This document shows positions 38,475-46,813 of a DNA stretch of 64,000 bases, in pieces (the first letter of the stretch is position 1; the number at the start of each line of letters is the position of its first letter). The notes under the pieces were generated by a model, which was not told the DNA's origin, searched no databases, and saw only the letters and a program-made list of their open reading frames with translations. Made by a program: the position numbers and the translations under genes. The DNA lies in assembly GCA_964291395.2 (NCBI GenBank), contig OZ219856.1:1472001-1536000 (forward strand), written 5' to 3'. This DNA is from Alphaproteobacteria bacterium (GTDB lineage: Bacteria > Pseudomonadota > Alphaproteobacteria > UBA2966).

Positions 38475-38873
38475 CTATTTCCTGGCGGCGACGGCGCAGA
38501 CTTCGATCTTCCACTCGGGCTGGGTCAGACCGGCAACCGTGATCATCGCGGCCGCCCACTTCGGCGCATCCGGACCCGATCCGACGACCTTTTCCCTTCC
38601 CGCGCGGTAACCCGGGATGTCGTCCTTGTTCACGATGAAGGTCTGGGTGGACACGAGGTCTTCAAGGTCCATACCCCGTTCGCGAAGCACGGCTTGGATG
38701 TTGAGGAACACCTGCTCGGTCTGTTCCTCCATGCTCCCGGGTATTGTGCCGTCCGGCCGAATTCCGACTTGGCCCGCGACATAGATGATCCGCTCACCCG
38801 CCTCGACCTCGACGCCGTGCATGTAGGCCGCCACCGGCGTGAACATGGATTCCGGGTTGTAGCGATGAACCAT
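38475..38873 (-). CDS. RidA/YjgF family protein
   Basis: IYVAGQVG, EQTEQVF.NI..VL...G, V.GL..PEWKIEV.AVA. Confidence 0.88.
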   Translation of the reverse strand: MVHRYNPESMFTPVAAYMHGVEVEAGERIIYVAGQVGIRPDGTIPGSMEEQTEQVFLNIQAVLRERGMDLEDLVSTQTFIVNKDDIPGYRAGREKVVGSGPDAPKWAAAMITVAGLTQPEWKIEVCAVAARK

Positions 38874-39007
38874 GGTTTCTCCCTTTCCTGAACGGGACTG
38901 TCGTATTCGAGGGCTGTAACTTGCGCGGCGGCGGGGTCACGTTCAAGTCGGGGATCGATGCTTTTCACCGGCGGCGCCCGGAGCTAACTTGAAGGGTGTC
39001 GCAGACC

Positions 39008-39097
39008 GGATGGGTGCCCGAGCGGTTGAAGGGACCGGTCTTGAAAACCGGCAGGGGTTTACGCTCCTCGTGGGTTCGAATCCCACCCCATCCGCCA
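39008..39097 (+). tRNA. tRNA-Ser (anticodon TGA)
   Basis: GGATGGG...CCCATCC acceptor stem + GCCA, anticodon loop CTTGAAA, long variable arm, GGTTCGAATCC T-loop. Confidence 0.97.
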
Positions 39098-39223
39098 TAT
39101 CTCCTTCCAGGCATTACCCGTGAATGCCACGAGAACCCCAAATTTCCGGGGTTTTCGACATATGGCGGTCTTACACGTTCCCGAAAATATCCTATGTTAC
39201 CCCACATGAATGTGGGGCTGTCT

Positions 39224-39462
39224 GTGGCGAGGCTGAACGCTGCGAAAATCAAGTCGATCAAGAAGCCGTGCATGCCCGGCGACGGGAACGGGCTCTATCT
39301 GCACGTCACAAGGTCGGAATCGCGGTCATGGATGCAGAGGAAGGTACTGCGGGCAACGGACCTTGCCGAGTGCGCTACCGTGCACGGCTTCGTTCTACAT
39401 TCCGGGATTAGGCAGCAGAATGTACCAACGCGCCGCACGCCGTCATGGAGTTGAGCCTCGCG
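39224..39462 (+). pseudogene. P4-type tyrosine integrase remnant (N-terminal arm domain joined to a C-terminal catalytic fragment)
   Basis: ARLNAAKIKSIKKP...DGNGLYLHV.....RSW followed directly by TVHGF/RSTFRD*AAECT...AVMELSLA; large internal deletion, frameshift and stop; immediately 3' of the tRNA. Confidence 0.8.
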
Positions 39463-39513
39463 CGCGGCAGAATGTCATTCTTGAGCTGGGCTTCTTCCTC
39501 GGGAGTCTCGGCT
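39459..39513 (+). pseudogene. Fragment of a TIR-like nucleotide-binding protein (Cap12/Pycsar TIR type)
   Basis: RARQNVILELGFFLGSLG matches the RQNVxxELGxF signature; only ~18 codons remain. Confidence 0.6.
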
Positions 39514-39593
39514 GTCAACGCCAGCCGTCCAATCCGCATCGCACCCGCTCCAGGATCGGACCCGAGGCCTAACCCCAGGCCCGACTCAACTCG

Positions 39594-39815
39594 CTAATCG
39601 CCCCCCAACAATTTCTTCAGGGGGTTCTCGGCGATGCATTTCTGGTGTTTCGGCAGGTCGCAGTCGAGCTGGATCAACCCCACCCAGACGAGTGTCTGCG
39701 GATTCATGATCGAGATGAACACGAACACGCCCAGGCCGAATAGGGCGATCACGACCAAGTGGATGTACCGGTCGAGCAGACGTTTTGTCCTTTCCGGCAG
39801 GTTGCTGGATGTCAT
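39594..39815 (-). CDS. Small hypothetical membrane protein (73 aa)
   Basis: One strong hydrophobic helix (YIHLVVIALFGLGVFVFISIM) and a C-x7-C pair; GGAAAG SD before the ATG at 39815. Confidence 0.5.
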   Translation of the reverse strand: MTSSNLPERTKRLLDRYIHLVVIALFGLGVFVFISIMNPQTLVWVGLIQLDCDLPKHQKCIAENPLKKLLGGD

Positions 39816-39914
39816 TCGTCTGCTTTCCGTGAACCGGCATCCCATCGATTCCGGGCGCGCATCCTTAGCACAACGCTGCGACGGGGTGAATGATGTCGCA
39901 CCGGTCTTGCCGCG

Positions 39915-40892
39915 TCACGGATCACGAACCAGAGGCATGAGCTCTTTCGCGTGGCGTTCCATCCGCTCCATCGTCTCGTCCACGGTGTCACCGATGAATC
40001 GGAACATCAGAAGGCTGCCGCCCTGGCGGCGAAAGAACTCGATATCGCCCGCAATTTCTTCGGCGGTTCCGGAGAGGAAATGTCGCGACCCGTCCTCCGC
40101 CTCGAGGCCTTCACCCAAGCCATACCATTGCGCCCAGAAGCCGAGCCTGATGCTTGCCGGGTCTCGACCCCTCTCCTCCGCCACCGCATGAAGCCGTTGC
40201 ACGTTTTCCTGGTAGCGCTTCCGCGTATCCATGCGGTTTCTCGGGTTGCGTCCGATCGGAAACCACCCGTCGCCAAGTTCCACGACCCGGCGGATGGCAG
40301 GCGCACTCTCGCCGCCGATGTAGATCGGCGGATGCGGTTTCTGGACCGGTTTCGGTTCGAAGATGATGTTCGAGAAATCGACGTGGTCACCCGACATCGC
40401 CGGGGTGCCGCTGGTCCATAATTCCTTGAAGGCCCGGATGTATTCGTCCGTGACTCTTCCCCGCTCCGCGAACGGGGGCGCCCCCAGGGCCTGGAACTCC
40501 TCTTCCAGCCAACCGGCGCCGCAGGCCACCGTTACCCGGCCTTCCGAGAGGACGTCCATGGTTGCCAGCATCTTCGCGGTCATGATCGCGGGCCGATACG
40601 GCACGACCATGACCGACGTCATGACCCGCATTCTCCTGGTGACCGCTGTCACGAATGTCATGGCCGTGAGCTGATCGAGAAAATCGCCTTCGTCGCCCCG
40701 CGGGAGCCGACCCATTTCCGAGTACGGGTGCACCGACGCATAGTTCCGCGGCATGACGATATGATCGGGAAACGCCACGTACTCGAAGCCGAGTTCTTCG
40801 CCCCTAACGGCCACCGCCCGGATCGCCTCGGGCGTGTCCAGAGGTGCCTGCACGTGAAGCCCGAAGCCGAATTGCATGCTCTCTCCCGACAT
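39915..40892 (-). CDS. LLM-class oxidoreductase, probable F420-dependent type
   Basis: FPDHIV.P....HPY, V.PYR.....AK..AT.D.LSEGR, GAGWLEEEF, PKPVQKPHPPIYIGGES. Confidence 0.88.
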   Translation of the reverse strand: MSGESMQFGFGLHVQAPLDTPEAIRAVAVRGEELGFEYVAFPDHIVMPRNYASVHPYSEMGRLPRGDEGDFLDQLTAMTFVTAVTRRMRVMTSVMVVPYRPAIMTAKMLATMDVLSEGRVTVACGAGWLEEEFQALGAPPFAERGRVTDEYIRAFKELWTSGTPAMSGDHVDFSNIIFEPKPVQKPHPPIYIGGESAPAIRRVVELGDGWFPIGRNPRNRMDTRKRYQENVQRLHAVAEERGRDPASIRLGFWAQWYGLGEGLEAEDGSRHFLSGTAEEIAGDIEFFRRQGGSLLMFRFIGDTVDETMERMERHAKELMPLVRDP

Positions 40893-41022
40893 TATTGCGT
40901 CTCCGCAGCGAACACGGATGGCGCTATAATGCCCTTCAAGGTCGACGGCGGATCGACTGGAAAATTACCCGACGTGCTCATCATTCCGCAAAGGCGGTTG
41001 CGGCCGCAAAACGGTAATCGTC

Positions 41023-41826
41023 ATGAACCTAACGTCCCAAGAACTCGGGCAGCTCGAGGAGGAAGGCTATCTCTTCTTCCCGGATCGGTTTTCCGCCGAG
41101 GAGGTCCGCGTCCTGCGCGCCGCTGCGGCGGACGTCTATGCCATGGAGCGCGAGGAGGTCTGGCGTGAATCTTCCGGTGTCCCGCGCACCGCGTTCGCGG
41201 CGCATACATATCACGAGGCCTTCCGGCGTTTGGGCCGGCACCCGCGATTGCTCGAGCCGGTCGAACAGGTCATCGGCGGACCGCTTTACATGCACCAGTT
41301 CAAGGTCAATGCCAAAGTGCCGTTCGACGGCGAAATATGGCAATGGCATCAGGATTTTGGCGTCTGGCACCGCGACGACGAGATGCCGGAGCCGCGGGCC
41401 ATGAACATCGCCCTGTTCCTGGACGACGTGACCGCGGCCAACGGTCCGCTGCTCTTTCTGCCCGGCAGCCACAGGCTCGGCGTAATCGAAGCGAGCCATG
41501 ACACCGAGGAGACGAGCTATCCCCTCTGGACCTTGGGCCGGGAAACCATCACGAAGATCGCGGAGCGCGGAGGCTGCGTCGCGCCGACCGGCCCCGCGGG
41601 AAGCATGCTGATGTTCTCATCGCTGCTCGTACACGCGAGCCCGCCCAACATCAGCCCTCTCGACCGTAGTATCGTCTACCTCTCGCTCTGCCACGTCGAC
41701 AATCACATTCGCAGGTTTCAGCGTCCGGAATGGATCGCTCACCGGGACTTCACGCCGGTCGAGGCCTTGGACGACGAATGCCTGCTGGAGCTGGCGGGGT
41801 CGCTTCCGGCCCACGCCGCTGAATAG
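41023..41826 (+). CDS. Fe(II)/2OG dioxygenase, PhyH family (ectoine/proline hydroxylase-like)
   Basis: YMHQFKVNAK, WQWHQDF..W..DD, NGPL...PGSH, H.SPPNIS. Confidence 0.88.
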   Translation: MNLTSQELGQLEEEGYLFFPDRFSAEEVRVLRAAAADVYAMEREEVWRESSGVPRTAFAAHTYHEAFRRLGRHPRLLEPVEQVIGGPLYMHQFKVNAKVPFDGEIWQWHQDFGVWHRDDEMPEPRAMNIALFLDDVTAANGPLLFLPGSHRLGVIEASHDTEETSYPLWTLGRETITKIAERGGCVAPTGPAGSMLMFSSLLVHASPPNISPLDRSIVYLSLCHVDNHIRRFQRPEWIAHRDFTPVEALDDECLLELAGSLPAHAAE

Positions 41827-41916
41827 CGGCGTTCCCAACCGCGTCGCGCTTCATCAGACCGGCTCGGCGACGACGCAGGTGTTCCCGCGCCCGCCGCACG
41901 CCCCCGTCGTAACTGC

Positions 41917-42846
41917 TCAATTCGGCGGACCGGTCTCGCGTGCCCGCATGGTAGGACGACCGACGTCACGGGCAACCTCGACAAATCCTGCGGTCAACGC
42001 CGAGTCGTCCCCCGAACGGCACGAAATGCCGCATTCCACGTAAAACTGGGACGCCGGGTCCCTGAGCGGAACGTATACGGCGCCGGGAGGCATGAACCGA
42101 CTGAAGGAGGCAGGGCACAGCGCGACGCCCAGTCCCGATGCGATCAGGCTTATCGCGTTGTGAATGCGATCGATTTGTCGCACTTCGTTCGGAATGAATC
42201 CGGCCTGTTGACAGGCATACAGGACACGCGCCCGATTCCCAGTTTCCTGCCGCGAGTGAAGAAGGATGAACGTCTCGTTTTTGAGCTGGCGAAGGTCGAT
42301 TTCCGGACCCCGCGCCAGCGGGTGATCGCGGGGCACTGCGGCGATGAGCGGCTCTCTCATGAATACTTCCTGATGGATGCCCTGCCGCGTGACCGTCGGC
42401 GCGAGAAACAAGGCGACATCGATGCGCTTCTGCAGCAGCGCGCTTTCTCGTTCCACGGTCGTGAGTTCCTCAAAACCGAGACTCACGTCGGGAAAACGGT
42501 GCCGGAATTGTCGCAGGACTCGCGGCAGGATCTCGTAGCTCGATGCCGGATTAAAGCCGACGACGATGTGCCCGCGCATCCCGTGGGCGACCGCGCGCGT
42601 GACATCGGCGGCTTCGGAAAGTTGCGAAAGAACCAGTCTCGCGCGCCCGAGATAGACCAGCCCCGCTTCGGTGAGCTCGACCGATTGCCGCGTGCGCTGG
42701 AGAAGCCGGGTACCGAGCTCTTCCTCTAGTTGACGGATAGAGTCACTGACCCGCGGCTGGGTGATATGCAGCCGGGCGGCGGCCTTTCGAAAATTCAATT
42801 CCTCCGCGACGGCGACAAACCGTTCGAGATGGACGATGTTGGGCAT
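41917..42846 (-). CDS. LysR-family transcriptional regulator
   Basis: F.AVAEELNFRKAAARLHITQP.VS..IRQLEEELG..L..RT...VELT.AG. Confidence 0.95.
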   Translation of the reverse strand: MPNIVHLERFVAVAEELNFRKAAARLHITQPRVSDSIRQLEEELGTRLLQRTRQSVELTEAGLVYLGRARLVLSQLSEAADVTRAVAHGMRGHIVVGFNPASSYEILPRVLRQFRHRFPDVSLGFEELTTVERESALLQKRIDVALFLAPTVTRQGIHQEVFMREPLIAAVPRDHPLARGPEIDLRQLKNETFILLHSRQETGNRARVLYACQQAGFIPNEVRQIDRIHNAISLIASGLGVALCPASFSRFMPPGAVYVPLRDPASQFYVECGISCRSGDDSALTAGFVEVARDVGRPTMRARETGPPN

Positions 42847-42893
42847 ATTCCGATCAGGACTCGGGAGCAGTAAAGGGTCGAATCATCGTCTAC

Positions 42894-42912
42894 TGATACG
42901 AATACCTGATCA
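42894..42912. promoter_or_regulatory. LysR-type T-N11-A box
   Basis: TGAT-N11-ATCA in the AT-rich divergent lysR/dctP intergenic region. Confidence 0.55.
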
Positions 42913-43037
42913 ATATACATCGAAATTCGAATTTTATTATCACTATTCCATGACCTAGAGTCGCCGAGGGGAAACCGCGCGGAGGAGATTCACGTCCGAA
43001 GAGCGGGTTCCACATGACTTACGGAGGGAGGACAGCT

Positions 43038-44075
43038 ATGAAGAGACACGCGCTATTCGTAGCGGCCGCGGCGGCGGTCGTCGCAATCGGCGCCGGCCCT
43101 GCCGATGCTCAGAAGGTGCTCAAGTTCGCCAGTGTGGATCGTCCGGGAATGCCGGTGGGAGATGCCATCGAAGAAGGCTTGATGCCCGTCACGGCGAAGA
43201 TGTCGGGCGGGAAACTGACCGTCGAGGGTCACTACCGTGGATCCATCTGTGGCGAGCAGAAGTGCGGAGAGCAGGCGAATCAGGGCCTGATCGCGTTGTG
43301 GCGGAGTTCCACCAACAACTTCGGCAACTTCGACACGTCGTTGACGATTTTCGATCTGCCCTACCTGTTCAAGGATCTCGAGTCTGCCGACAAGCTGTCG
43401 TTGGGCTGGCTCGGAAAGGCGCAACGCGACGAGGCGGAAAAGGGAAGCGGCCACAAGGTCCTGAGCGTGTTCGGCACTGGTGGCTTTCGCCATTTCGGCA
43501 ATACCAAAAGGTCCGTTCACGTACCGTCCGATCTGAAGGGTCTCAAATGCCGCGTGACCAAGAGCCCGGTGGAATTCCTGCTGTTCCAGGCTTGGGGAGG
43601 AATTCCCGTCCCGTTCGACTGGTTGCAGACCTATCAAGGCCTGCAAACGGGCGTCGTGGAAGGACTGTATGTCCCGGTTCCCTTCCAGTATCTGTTCAAG
43701 ATGCACGAGGTGGCGAAGTACTACACGGAGACGGGAGGCATCTGGTCCGGCGCCCATCTGTCGATGGACATCACGCAGTACAACGCCTTGAGTGACGACG
43801 AGAAGGCAGTGCTCCACGAGGGTGTCGCGGCGTTCGACGAAATCGCGCGCGCGCGTGACCTCGAATGGGTGGTCTCCGAGACGGACAAGCTCAAGGCGGA
43901 GATCGAGGAGTGGTACAAGCCCAACGAAGACGAGATGAAGCTTTGGCGCGCCGGCGCGATCAAGGCATGGGTGGAAGCCAAGGGCACCTACGACGGCGGT
44001 CGCGCGGAGCGGGCCCTGGCGGAACAGGGCCTGACCGACTTCATCGCCGCGCTGAAGAAGGCGGGCGCGATCTAG
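43038..44075 (+). CDS. dctP: TRAP transporter substrate-binding protein (DctP family)
   Basis: Signal peptide, IFDLPYLF, GFRH, P.DLKGLK.R, LQTGVVEG, EVAKY; GGAGGGAGG SD. Confidence 0.92.
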   Translation: MKRHALFVAAAAAVVAIGAGPADAQKVLKFASVDRPGMPVGDAIEEGLMPVTAKMSGGKLTVEGHYRGSICGEQKCGEQANQGLIALWRSSTNNFGNFDTSLTIFDLPYLFKDLESADKLSLGWLGKAQRDEAEKGSGHKVLSVFGTGGFRHFGNTKRSVHVPSDLKGLKCRVTKSPVEFLLFQAWGGIPVPFDWLQTYQGLQTGVVEGLYVPVPFQYLFKMHEVAKYYTETGGIWSGAHLSMDITQYNALSDDEKAVLHEGVAAFDEIARARDLEWVVSETDKLKAEIEEWYKPNEDEMKLWRAGAIKAWVEAKGTYDGGRAERALAEQGLTDFIAALKKAGAI

Positions 44076-44099
44076 GGCCATTGCGCGCCACATCCGGTT

Positions 44100-44124
44100 G
44101 GGGGGCTCCGGCCCCCCTTTCTTT
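44100..44124 (+). terminator. Rho-independent terminator of dctP; group IIC intron target
   Basis: GGGGGGC-TCCG-GCCCCCC-TTTCTTT. Confidence 0.85.
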
Positions 44125-45343
44125 GTGTGCCGAGCATGATCGACAGCTTGGAGGTGGAAGTCCTCTATCCAGCCCGATGGCGGCGAAGGATTAGCGAAGC
44201 GCAAGGGCGTCGTCGCGAGGCGGGGTCTGAAGGAAGCGCGGAGCAAAGCCGCGACCCGATGGACAAGAACCGGATAGGAGGCCTACCCGGCCGGACGAGC
44301 GGGCAAAGGGCCGCGAAGTCCATAGCCATCGAGGGCCGGGGTGGTAAATCCGGCGGGTGTGCGGTGAAGGCGGTCGGTCTTACCTCGGGAGGTCTGCGTC
44401 GTGTCCGGCACCCCCGGACTGAGCGTGTTCGCAAGGACCGTCATCGCGGCGCAGAAGTCAGCAGAGGGCATAGTAGTCGGTTCGCCGACGAAGGCCTGAA
44501 CGACGGACAGGGTCAGTAGGCCGGCACGCTCATGCGGGCCAAGCGGCGGAACATCCAGTTGGAACTGGCCTTGGCCCCGGAGGCGAAGGGTGAAGCCCGG
44601 AGCGCCGGAGACCAAGGGACCGAAGCCCGCACGGCGCGTGTCGACCCCGAAAGCCCGGCGGCCGGGCGAGGACCATCGATGGAGATGGTGGTCGAACCCG
44701 ACAATTTGAAGAAGGCGCTGGCGCGGGTTTCGGCATCGTGGTCGATCTGGATCTGGAGAAATTCTTCGACCGGGTCAATCACGACATCTTGATGGGTCTG
44801 GTGGCCAAGCGCGTGGCCGACAAACGCCTGCTCAGGCTCATTCGCGGTTTCCTGACCGCGGGCGTGCTGGACGGTGGGTTGGTTGGCCCAACCACCGAGG
44901 GAACCCCGCAGGGCGGGCCGCTCTCGCCGCTGTTTTCGAACCTGATGCTTGATGTCCTGGACCGGGAATTGGAGAAGCGCGGTCACCGCTTCGTGCGCTA
45001 TGCCGACGACTGCAACATTTACGTGCGGTCGCGGCGGGCGGGCGAGCGGGTCATGGCGAGCGTGACAAGATTCCTTGCCCGGCGGCTGAAGCTGAGGGTG
45101 AACGCGGCCAAGAGCACAGTGGACCGTCCAGCGGTGCGGGCGTTCCTGGGCTTCAGCTTTACGGACGGGCAGACGCTCAAGCGGCGCATCGCGCCGCAGG
45201 CGCTCGCCCGGTTCAAGGCATGGGTGCGGAAGATGACACGTCGTACCAGGCGGGTCAGTCTCACTCGTCTCGTCGCGGAGCTGTCCTGCTATCTCTTGGG
45301 GTGGCGGGGCTACTTTGGCTTTTGCGAAACCCCTTCGGTACTG
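44125..45343 (+). mobile_element. Group IIC intron, 5' portion (3' end deleted)
   Basis: Begins GTGTGC immediately after a terminator hairpin; conserved IIC RNA motifs (CTTACCTCGGGAGGTCTG, GCAGAAGTCAGCAGAGGGCATAGTAG, GAAGGCCTGAAC); RT ORF inside. Confidence 0.9.
44532..45343 (+). pseudogene. ltrA: Group II intron reverse transcriptase/maturase, internally deleted and truncated
   Basis: N-terminus ...NLKKALARV joined out of frame to VVDLDLEKFFDRVNHD, GTPQGGPLSP, RYADD, FLGFSF, GWRGYF; the segment between RT0 and RT3 is missing and domain X is cut. Confidence 0.9.
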
Positions 45344-45589
45344 CTGCGTTCGGCGGGCGTTGCGGGGGCCGCGGGCGTGCCGATCTTCACCCATCTCTAT
45401 CCCAAAGCCGCCGCGCACGTGATGAGGGTCGCGGAAACGGCGCATTGGCTGAAATGGCAGGATTGGGCCAATCCGGTCTTACGGGAGCCCTATGCCGTCG
45501 GACACGGACAGTTGGAGATTCCTGACAGGCCGGGAACCGGACTGGACTGGAACGAGGAGTTCGTCGCCTACCATCTTGTCGACCGGTGA
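45344..45589 (+). pseudogene. C-terminal fragment of a mandelate racemase-like enzyme, fused in frame to the RT
   Basis: LRSAGVAGAAGVPIFTHLYP.AAAHVMRV.ETAHWL.WQDWANPVL.EP......L.IPDRPGTGLDWNEE. Confidence 0.78.
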
Positions 45590-45654
45590 CCCCGGACTCT
45601 GGTAAGAGATCTGGCATCGGGTGATCGAGCCGTACACGGAGGACAAGGCGGATC

Positions 45655-46470
45655 ATGGCTGCGGACGGGAGACTCGAAGGCAAGGCGGCATTCGTCACGG
45701 GCGGCGCGTCCGGCATTGGGGCCGAGACCGCCCGGGTTTTCGGCGAGCACGGCGCCCTGGTGACGGTGGCGGACGTCAACGACGCCCAAGGCGAAGCAGT
45801 TGCGCAGGAGATCAGGGATGCCGGTGGAACGGCTGCCTATCAGCACCTCGACACGCGCCGGGAGGCCGAATGGGAGAAAGCGATTCCCGAGGCGGTCGCC
45901 CGCTACGGACACCTCGACGTTCTCGTCAACGCCGCGGGCATTTCGGGCCGCATGCCCGACGGTTCCGCTCCACCGCTTATCGACAGCCTGCCTCTGGAAA
46001 ATTGGGAAAAAGTGATGTCCGTGAACGCGACCGGGGTGTTTCTCGGCACCAAGCATGCCGTTGCGCCGATGCGTGACGCAGGGGGCGGCTCCATCGTCAA
46101 TATCGTCTCCATCTATAGCCTGCTCGGGTCGGATTCAAACGCGAGCTATCACGCTTCCAAGGGCGCAGCCCGATCCCTGACCAAAGCAGCCGCGATTCAC
46201 TGCGCGCCCTACAAGATACGCGTGAACGGGGTCTATCCAGGCTTCATCAACACGGAAATGACCAAGGAGGTCCATGCGCATCCTCTGCACGGCGGGGTCC
46301 GCCTCGAGGCTACTCCGCTCGCGGAGTTCGGCCAGCCACGGGATATCGCTCTGGGATGCCTGTACCTGGCCTCGGACGATGCCCGGTTCGTTACGGGGTC
46401 GGAACTGGTCATCGACGGCGGCGTCACGGCGACGGCCCTCAAGACGAGCTTTCTTCAGCAGGAGGTGTAG
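45655..46470 (+). CDS. SDR family oxidoreductase
   Basis: TGGASGIG, LVNAAG, SIVNIVS, YHASK, TGSELVIDGG. Confidence 0.93.
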   Translation: MAADGRLEGKAAFVTGGASGIGAETARVFGEHGALVTVADVNDAQGEAVAQEIRDAGGTAAYQHLDTRREAEWEKAIPEAVARYGHLDVLVNAAGISGRMPDGSAPPLIDSLPLENWEKVMSVNATGVFLGTKHAVAPMRDAGGGSIVNIVSIYSLLGSDSNASYHASKGAARSLTKAAAIHCAPYKIRVNGVYPGFINTEMTKEVHAHPLHGGVRLEATPLAEFGQPRDIALGCLYLASDDARFVTGSELVIDGGVTATALKTSFLQQEV

Positions 46471-46584
46471 CGCCGGGTCGATCGCTCCCAGCACTCGAGG
46501 CATGGAAAAAAACACTTTTCCTTCCTGAGCAAGAGCTATAAATACGGCCCGGATTTCCCAGGATGAGTACGAGAATCGACGAAA

Positions 46585-46797
46585 ATGACGATGGAAACCG
46601 CCAAGAGCGAGACGACATCCGATAACGGTGGCACGGCGAGTCCGGACAGCGGCACGGGTTCCGATTCTTCCCGCAGTTCGAATTCGGACGGTGCGCCGAA
46701 GAACTACAGCCGCGGCGAGAACCAGAAGCCGGTCACCGATACCTACCGGGAGAACTGGAACCACATATTCAGGCGCAAGACTTCCGGCAATCGCTGA
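46585..46797 (+). CDS. Small hypothetical protein (70 aa)
   Basis: Ser/Asp-rich disordered N-terminus and a motif-like tail NYSRGENQKPVTDTYRENWNHIF; AT-rich promoter-like region upstream. Confidence 0.6.
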   Translation: MTMETAKSETTSDNGGTASPDSGTGSDSSRSSNSDGAPKNYSRGENQKPVTDTYRENWNHIFRRKTSGNR

Positions 46798-46813
46798 GCA
46801 GGACCGCCGCAGC

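Noticed and set aside
44738-45589. Retron, DGR or defence-associated RT with a novel fused domain
   Set aside because: RT motifs, upstream RNA and the terminator-adjacent insertion are typical of group IIC introns; no msr/msd or TR/VR seen; the fusion partner is a broken enzyme fragment.
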